This document shows, in pieces, positions 58,142 through 64,000 of a DNA stretch of 64,000 bases. Made by a program: the position numbers and the translations under genes. The stretch lies in the IMG/VR virus record IMGVR_UViG_2645727839_000001, positions 1 to 64,000 of that record. The stretch is one strand, 5' to 3'. The notes beneath the pieces are model-generated. The model was not told the DNA's origin. It was given only the letters and a program-made list of their open reading frames with translations, and ran no database searches. Source of the DNA: a virus. Taxonomy: Duplodnaviria; Caudoviricetes. The stretch's first letter is position 1, and every line of letters begins with the position of its first letter.

Positions 58142-59146
58142 CTATTCTTCATCTACCATTAAGCCTTCAATCTGCTCCCAAACAGTCGGCTCACGTAAAG
58201 CCAGTGCTCGTAGTTGATTGCGACGATACTTTTTGCCGTCCCACAAAATGTATCCCTTACTTGGTTGCTCGAGTAAGCCAATCTCAAGTAAGTGATCGAT
58301 TGAAGAACCAATAACGTCGAACTTACCAGAGCCGTCCGGCATATAAAGGAAGTCCCATTCTACTTTCTTAAATGGCGCACTTACTTTGTTCTTCACACAC
58401 TCTGCGGTAACTCGTTGACCGATTTTCTCTTTCTTGTCTGAGCCTGTAATTTGGCTACGAGTAAGCTTGATACGAACCGATGCGTAGAATCGAGGTGCGT
58501 TACCACCGGGTGAAGAGGTTTTATCGCCATACACGACACCAATCTTTTCTCGAATCTGGTTTAAGAAGATGGCAAGCATGTTGTTCTCTTCGCAGATTTG
58601 AGCCAAAGCAGGGAAACTCGCTGACGTACAACGAGCTAAAGCCGTGTTGTCGTTCATGTTGAAGTCTTCAGCATCTTTATCTAGCTTCTGCATTGGCACC
58701 ATGCCAGCTAGTGAGTCGAAAACGATAACAATAGGCGCGTCTTTCTCAATGAACTTGTTCTCTCGAATGGCATAGGCAATCTTCTTTGCGTTATCCATCG
58801 ACTGTTCAAAGGTTCGAGGCGTCTTAAACACCCATCGGTTAGGGTCAGTTTCTAAGCCTAGTTTCTTTGCAAGCCTTACATCAAACGAACGTTCGTGATC
58901 CATAAAGCAAGCAATGCCACCAGCCTTTTGCGCTGACACCATAATCTGAGTAGCGATTGCTGTTTTACCGCAACTCTCACCACCAAATATCTCAATGATT
59001 CTCGAACATGGAGCACCACCATCGTATTTACTCGAGATGGCTTTGTTGAGTGGCTTAAAGCCGGTATCCAACCAAACGGACACTTGTTGATGCTCGTCGT
59101 TGCCGCCAATGGCAGACTGCAAAGCATCAGCTAACGATTTAGCCAT
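58142..59146 (-). CDS. recA: RecA-like recombinase
   Basis: GGESCGKT, DHE, VFDS, FLNQIREKIG, PGGNA..FYAS, KNKVSAPF. Confidence 0.93.
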   Translation of the reverse strand: MAKSLADALQSAIGGNDEHQQVSVWLDTGFKPLNKAISSKYDGGAPCSRIIEIFGGESCGKTAIATQIMVSAQKAGGIACFMDHERSFDVRLAKKLGLETDPNRWVFKTPRTFEQSMDNAKKIAYAIRENKFIEKDAPIVIVFDSLAGMVPMQKLDKDAEDFNMNDNTALARCTSASFPALAQICEENNMLAIFLNQIREKIGVVYGDKTSSPGGNAPRFYASVRIKLTRSQITGSDKKEKIGQRVTAECVKNKVSAPFKKVEWDFLYMPDGSGKFDVIGSSIDHLLEIGLLEQPSKGYILWDGKKYRRNQLRALALREPTVWEQIEGLMVDEE

Positions 59147-59155
59147 GTAATCACC

Positions 59156-60088
59156 TTAGAATAATGAGTCCCACATTGAGATCTCTTTTAGAATGGTTTT
59201 GAACTGACGGTCTTCGCAGAACTCACGGAACTTAGCCGCATCACGATGACCTTTAGTAATGTTCATATCGCCTTTTGATGGCTTCGGGCCATCTCGTAAG
59301 TCCATCAAGCGATAGTTGAGGTTGAATGCATCAATAAGAGACTTGTCACCGCACATAGCATTGATCTTGTTACGTGCTCGGTTAAGTGTCGCATTGGCAA
59401 AACAACCTTTTTGAAACTCACCGTTTTCGTCATATTTGCGGCATAACTCAGCTACGCCACCTTCGTCAGTGACAATCGCCAACGCAGTCTTTTCACCAAT
59501 GCCAGGAATACCACCGATGTTGTCAGACTTGTCTCCCTTGAGAGCCTTAACTTCAATGAAGTCCTGCCAATCTCGGCAACCTGTGAACTCTTCGAAAGTA
59601 TCGATAGTGACGGTGCGATTATTGATAGGGTCTACCCACTGGCTGTCTTCTGTTACCAGTTGTAGCCAATCTTGGTCTGCGGTTAGAAAGTCAATCTTGA
59701 AGCCTTTCTTGATGAGTCGTTCACCAAGAACCCAAGCTAAGTCGTCAGCTTCAAAACCAGTAGCTTTTAACTGGTCTATACCGAGATAGAACAGAGCGCG
59801 AATGATTTGAGGGCGTTGAACCTTGAACTCTTTTCGCATCTGCTTAAGTTCGTCGGTGCTTTCTCGATTTGCTTTGTAGTCTGGGAATTCTATCGAACGC
59901 CAATCTTTAGGGCTGTCCCATAGAATGATTATTTTGGAGCGTGGATTGTTCTCTCGAATGTTCTTGATGGTACGTAACATTCCAAAGATTGCTTGAACTG
60001 GTTGCCCGTCACCAGTTTTAAGTGGGCGAGAGTTTTGGGCTGCATAGCCCAAGCTGTTGCCGTCAACGACAATTGCGTGTTTAGCCAT
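59156..60088 (-). CDS. 5'-3' exonuclease / flap endonuclease
   Basis: VDGNS, YKANR, EADD, DQD, GDKSDNI.GIPGIGEKTA. Confidence 0.92.
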   Translation of the reverse strand: MAKHAIVVDGNSLGYAAQNSRPLKTGDGQPVQAIFGMLRTIKNIRENNPRSKIIILWDSPKDWRSIEFPDYKANRESTDELKQMRKEFKVQRPQIIRALFYLGIDQLKATGFEADDLAWVLGERLIKKGFKIDFLTADQDWLQLVTEDSQWVDPINNRTVTIDTFEEFTGCRDWQDFIEVKALKGDKSDNIGGIPGIGEKTALAIVTDEGGVAELCRKYDENGEFQKGCFANATLNRARNKINAMCGDKSLIDAFNLNYRLMDLRDGPKPSKGDMNITKGHRDAAKFREFCEDRQFKTILKEISMWDSLF

Positions 60089-60138
60089 TTTTCACCTCAA
60101 AGAATAAAGGGGCTCAACGCCCCTTTCTCAACTAGACA

Positions 60139-61014
60139 TTAACCGTCTAAGTCAGCCAGTAACTCATCTAGCTCGTCCTCGTTGATATCATCTTCGATTG
60201 GAGCTTCTTTCATTTCTGGTACTTCTTCGAAGTCAGCATCTACCGCGTCGTCTTTCAACTCTTCGGCAATTGATTTGGACAGTGACTTGTCTTCTATAGC
60301 ACCCATCTCACCTGCACCTGCTGTCGCTGGCGAAGATTTTGGAGCCATCAAAAGACCTGCTGCTGAACCAACGGCTGTTAGTGCTTTGTGCAGACCTGAT
60401 TCATTTTCTTGCGACACGTATTCGTCTAGGTTAAGAGCTTTACCTAGTACCTCTTTCGGTACAGATTCACTCTTAGCTGCCGGAATAACCGTGTACTTGG
60501 TATCGTTACGACCACTACCCTCTCGGCTAATCGTCAAATCAACACCTTCTTTCAAGTCTGTGATGTCACCGTATTCAGCAATGATTTCACAAATTGATTC
60601 GAAGATACCGATACCTGCTGCGATAAGAACAGGTTCCTTGTTATTTGCATCGCCACGAACGATTGCATTCATTAGATACTGTTGACCAGAGTTAGCATCT
60701 TTCAGTAGTTCAATGGTTTCATCGTCGTGAGCACTCTTGATCCCCATGCCGATTGCTTTACAGATTTCACAATCTTGACCAAACGTCTTCTCAGTACAAA
60801 CGTAAACCGCTTCTGTTTCGCCTTTGTCGTTCTTGATGTAGTGAGAACCAAAGTCATGAAAGAACTGAGGGTCGTCACCAAGACGCCAAGATGGAAGAAG
60901 ACGAATCTTTGTTTTACCGATAGGAAACTTAAAAGGACGTGCGCGACCTTTTTTGGCTTGAATTTCTTTCTGCTTCTTAGCAACAAGATCCATGATGGTT
61001 AGTGCTTTAGACAT
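60139..61014 (-). CDS. ssDNA-binding protein (T4 gp32-like)
   Basis: IRLLP, H..C..CEIC zinc site, acidic tail ELDELLADLDG. Confidence 0.72.
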   Translation of the reverse strand: MSKALTIMDLVAKKQKEIQAKKGRARPFKFPIGKTKIRLLPSWRLGDDPQFFHDFGSHYIKNDKGETEAVYVCTEKTFGQDCEICKAIGMGIKSAHDDETIELLKDANSGQQYLMNAIVRGDANNKEPVLIAAGIGIFESICEIIAEYGDITDLKEGVDLTISREGSGRNDTKYTVIPAAKSESVPKEVLGKALNLDEYVSQENESGLHKALTAVGSAAGLLMAPKSSPATAGAGEMGAIEDKSLSKSIAEELKDDAVDADFEEVPEMKEAPIEDDINEDELDELLADLDG

Positions 61015-61200
61015 ACGTGTTTTCCTGTGTAAATTAAATTAATAGGGTCAAGACTTAACGACCACGTTCAGGCACTGAGTATAAGGTAAGTCACTAGTGA
61101 CTGAACAGTGTTAATTTTACGAAACTGAGACAGGTGAAACAAATAGGGATTTAAGAAAAACCAGAAAGGAAAGCCCCTCTTTTGAGGGGCTGGGGGTTAG

Positions 61201-61563
61201 CTATTCCGGTGCAGTCATGTCGGATAAAGCAGAAGACGTATTGGAGCCTACCTCTTCTGCATAGCTATTCGTTGCCTTGCGAGTTTTGGCGATCTCATCA
61301 AGGATGTTGTTTGGGTTGTGAGGGCTGTATGGATTGGTTGGGTCCATAAGTTGCTCTGCACTTGTTAGTCGCCTTTTTGGCGGCTCACTATAAGAATTCA
61401 AAGATGGTATTTGAAAATCTCGTTTTTTCCTATTTGTTACATTCAACATATTAAGTCTGGTTTCGTTATGGCGTTTACGTTCTGTTAGCCAAGCAATGCA
61501 AAAGAATATATCCAAACCAAGCGTGACAAAGAGCCAGAATGAAAGACCACCTAAAAGTTCCAT
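61201..61563 (-). CDS. N-terminal TM hypothetical protein
   Basis: Hydrophobic N-terminus; overlaps upstream gene. Confidence 0.5.
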   Translation of the reverse strand: MELLGGLSFWLFVTLGLDIFFCIAWLTERKRHNETRLNMLNVTNRKKRDFQIPSLNSYSEPPKRRLTSAEQLMDPTNPYSPHNPNNILDEIAKTRKATNSYAEEVGSNTSSALSDMTAPE

Positions 61564-62261
61564 ACAAACACTCTATCCAACTCAGGCCGACTTGCTCTTG
61601 AGAAGATAGCCGGACTTGTGAAGATTTGCGGGTCTAAGTCCATAAGTGGGGAGTTTTGATGAACAGAGAGATTGCCAACAAGAACAAATGTCTTAACACC
61701 TGCTCTGATCATCTTCTTGTAATCGACACCAAACATGTTGCCGCCACGTTCGTGAGAAGATTCCATGTATTTGTGTGTAACCCAAGAAGCTACCACCACT
61801 TTAGGCTTAAAGTTCTTGAATGCTTTGTTGGCGTCTATCTCTACAACATCTTTGCCGTAGTTCACAGTGGGTTGATGCGCTAGACCATATAGAGCTGCGG
61901 TTGCGTACTTATGATTGTTCTTAGGGTGTTGTTGATAGTTATCAACCATTCGAATACCCAAGCTACGACCATATACCCCGTTACCTGCTCCGATTTCCAT
62001 TGCTCTGGATTTGTCTTCTGGTAAGAAGCTACTGATAAAGTTGATAAGCTCTAAAGACGGGATAGAGTAAAAAGCGTGTTTATGGCAGAAAATTCTTAGC
62101 TTACTTCGTGGTATTTCAGCGAGTACATCCATCGGGAGTACCTTCAACTGCCCTTCTTCATCAAGAAGCAAAGCCTCAACATCGCTAACGTCTTCGGGCT
62201 CTAAAATAGATAGGCTACCAAGCATTGTGGATACTTGATCAAAAAGCTTTTCTGAGTGCAT
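61551..62261 (-). CDS. Class I SAM-dependent methyltransferase-like protein
   Basis: MEIGAGNG motif I; VVVASW. Confidence 0.65.
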   Translation of the reverse strand: MHSEKLFDQVSTMLGSLSILEPEDVSDVEALLLDEEGQLKVLPMDVLAEIPRSKLRIFCHKHAFYSIPSLELINFISSFLPEDKSRAMEIGAGNGVYGRSLGIRMVDNYQQHPKNNHKYATAALYGLAHQPTVNYGKDVVEIDANKAFKNFKPKVVVASWVTHKYMESSHERGGNMFGVDYKKMIRAGVKTFVLVGNLSVHQNSPLMDLDPQIFTSPAIFSRASRPELDRVFVWNF

Positions 62262-62466
62262 GTGGTTTCTCTTTGTGTAGTGATAAGTCAGTGATGACTA
62301 ATTACATTATAAAGAAACAGAGTAGGCACTTCTACAGTCAGCAGTGACTAATATAAGATTTTATTGGGAATTTCCAAAAAACCGCAGACGGGAATTTCGT
62401 TTTCTGGGGGTGGTTAGCCCCCAAGATATAAAGAATCTTTGTTGGTTAACAGCTCTAACCTGTCAA

Positions 62467-62730
62467 CTAACTGTCTAAAGACAACCACTCTTCCTTAGAC
62501 ATGTCAAAGTACACATGTGGCTCTGGTAAATCTTGCGAACGCCTAAGAAAGTCAGCCATTCTAGAATGGTAAGTTGGATTTTTCTGCATTCTAACTTTGT
62601 TAGTACAAAGCTGCGCCCTACGTTTGGGCGATATACTCGCCCAAATTTCGTCACTATAGCCGTAGAACGCTTGCGTACCTTTAGCTGAGTAGCTTGGGAA
62701 CCACAGAATACCCTCTGGTGGTAACTTCAT
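62467..62730 (-). CDS. Hypothetical protein
   Basis: Coupled by ATGA overlap. Confidence 0.5.
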   Translation of the reverse strand: MKLPPEGILWFPSYSAKGTQAFYGYSDEIWASISPKRRAQLCTNKVRMQKNPTYHSRMADFLRRSQDLPEPHVYFDMSKEEWLSLDS

Positions 62731-63299
62731 CGGTTCTCTTTAGACTCCCTAATTTTACCCAACACCTTAGCTTTCATATCTTCTTTTCCCGCCTCTTTGC
62801 TTTTCAGGAATAGCTCTCCCTTAAATTCTTCGAGCTGGTGTTTTGAGCATTGAACGAGCATATCCCTGCGGTGTTTCAGGGCTTCTGTTGCTTGCTTTGC
62901 CATGTCAGCGATCATTCGCGCATCGTTGTACCGTTTCACCGCAGCTCGGTAACGTTTATCAATCATTACGCCTTTGGAAATAAAGGACTCTGTTACTTTC
63001 TCACCTTTATTCTTATTGCGTATCTCATGATAGAGCTTGGCTTCTACAATCTCCATGTCGTTCTTCGCCCTGTCCGATTGCAACTGTGCCTTAGCTGCTT
63101 GAGTACCATAGTACGAGTAAAGCGAGGCTTGTTTTGCCATCGCTTCATCTAGGTCATGGTCTGAGAACGAAACGTCCTTCTTTAATTGGTAAGGGTCGAT
63201 GAACTGGCGAAGTGAAGCTGATATCTTCAAGGCATCGCGCTCCGCCTCTTCTTCCGCCAATGCGATTTCGTCTAGCTCGTCCGGTGATAAATCACTCAT
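62727..63299 (-). CDS. Coiled-coil protein, UvsY-like recombination mediator candidate
   Basis: Helical; KVTE..I..D..Y..AL.HRRDML pattern; GAGG RBS. Confidence 0.5.
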   Translation of the reverse strand: MSDLSPDELDEIALAEEEAERDALKISASLRQFIDPYQLKKDVSFSDHDLDEAMAKQASLYSYYGTQAAKAQLQSDRAKNDMEIVEAKLYHEIRNKNKGEKVTESFISKGVMIDKRYRAAVKRYNDARMIADMAKQATEALKHRRDMLVQCSKHQLEEFKGELFLKSKEAGKEDMKAKVLGKIRESKENR

Positions 63300-63397
63300 A
63301 AATACCTCTAATTTTCTCGCTCTGTGAGAGCGTTTTAAATTAGACGACAAACAGCAAGCGCGTTCTCTGGGAAGCTCTCTGTCGTCTTCTCAGTGCG

Positions 63398-64000
63398 TTA
63401 AATAATGTCTGCCGTTTGCTCGAATACGTTCTCTAAATAAGACGCTCGAGCAGGTTCAAAGTAAAGCATTGCCGGATTGATACCAAACAAGATAGTCATA
63501 TCCCGTTTAGCACAGTAATGGGATTGGCCTGCCAACTCTTCCCACGAACCTTTCACATCTGGCGCAAGGTGACGAATCGATACTGAACCCAATGCCACCA
63601 CCACTGACGGTTTCAATATCTCTAACTCTTTGTCGAGAATAGAACCGTAGTCGATAGCCATCTGATTACTAATCTTCTCACCTTTGTTCTTCTCTGATTT
63701 CAAGAAGGCAGTATGGTAAGCATCAGAACGTTTTAAACCTGCTGACTGCATTGCCTCGATAACTGGCTTATAACCCTTACCCTCAGTCATTTGCCCCTTC
63801 TCTACCTCTGTCCATGTTGGCGCATCAGTAACGACGACGAACTTAGCTCGTTTTGGTAGATATGGTTTAGGATGAGAGCGACCTGCTGTTTCTTCACAAC
63901 ATGTACGAGCCTCTTTCAGCACTTCTACTAGTAGTGCACCATCTTCTTTACCCAATTTGATATTACGATCGGACTTTAGATTCTCTACTACCAGACCTGG
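63398..64000 (-). CDS. C-terminal UDG-like domain, probably of DNA polymerase III alpha (partial)
   Basis: ORF open to window end; ELEILKP.VVVALG, GINPAMLYF; recalled architecture of DnaE in SSU5/pHCM2-type elements. Confidence 0.65.
   Translation of the reverse strand, partial: PGLVVENLKSDRNIKLGKEDGALLVEVLKEARTCCEETAGRSHPKPYLPKRAKFVVVTDAPTWTEVEKGQMTEGKGYKPVIEAMQSAGLKRSDAYHTAFLKSEKNKGEKISNQMAIDYGSILDKELEILKPSVVVALGSVSIRHLAPDVKGSWEELAGQSHYCAKRDMTILFGINPAMLYFEPARASYLENVFEQTADII

Larger units (their letters stand above)
426..62351. promoter_or_regulatory. Dispersed 18-bp palindrome TAAGTCACTAGTGACTTA (at least 24 copies)
   Basis: Starts at 426, 4826, 6722, 8946, 12689, 13055, 15237, 17910, 19359, 22057, 22657, 28689, 30118, 34995, 42734, 45115, 46616, 48693, 50512, 52798, 56567, 61087, 62284, 62334. 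Confidence 0.9.
1..64000. mobile_element. Phage-plasmid (SSU5/pHCM2-like siphovirus with iteron replicon), partial
   Basis: Virion module, Rep_3 initiator with iterons, resolvase/res site, TA pair and its own replication genes co-occur; no integrase or host chromosomal region in the window. Confidence 0.88.

Noticed and set aside
63398-63955. Stand-alone uracil-DNA glycosylase
   Set aside because: Frame is open to the window edge; more likely the C-terminal domain of a larger polymerase gene
1-64000. tRNA/rRNA genes, reverse transcriptase (retron/DGR), protelomerase
   Set aside because: No cloverleaf, rRNA or RT/telomerase motifs recognised by eye; tRNAscan and HMM searches not run

Overview
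About 64 kb of a large temperate phage-plasmid, probably from Vibrio (MshA-like pilin, IHF-alpha and FolA-like genes). Gene content and order resemble the SSU5/pHCM2 group. Layout: 1-14.9 kb siphovirus tail, head and terminase genes (minus strand); 15.5-23.7 kb ParB-ParB-ABC ATPase-GNAT module, SF2 helicase and dCTP deaminase; 24.1-27.4 kb iteron replicon, resolvase with res site and a HigBA-type toxin-antitoxin pair; 27.5-41.5 kb cargo (PACE, RlmN/Cfr-like radical SAM, DHFR, pilin, SMR, a barrel/giant repeat lipoprotein/barrel cassette) around a mostly non-coding island at 33.7-36.0 kb; 41.6-64 kb early and replication genes (CsrA, IHF, DnaQ, RuvC, SbcCD, RecA, 5'-3' exonuclease, SSB, C-terminus of DnaE). 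The most striking signal is a regulatory grammar read directly from intergenic DNA: (i) at least 24 copies of the 18-bp palindrome TAAGTCACTAGTGACTTA, (ii) 12 promoters of the form YRCCW-N12-TAnnAT, (iii) 12 genes with a shared CACAAAGAG leader just before the start codon, and (iv) 2-3 terminator-bounded small RNA candidates exposing the complementary CUUUGUGU seed, one with a perfect 19-nt match to a ribosome-binding region 15 kb away. Protein family calls are from motif recognition, not database searches.
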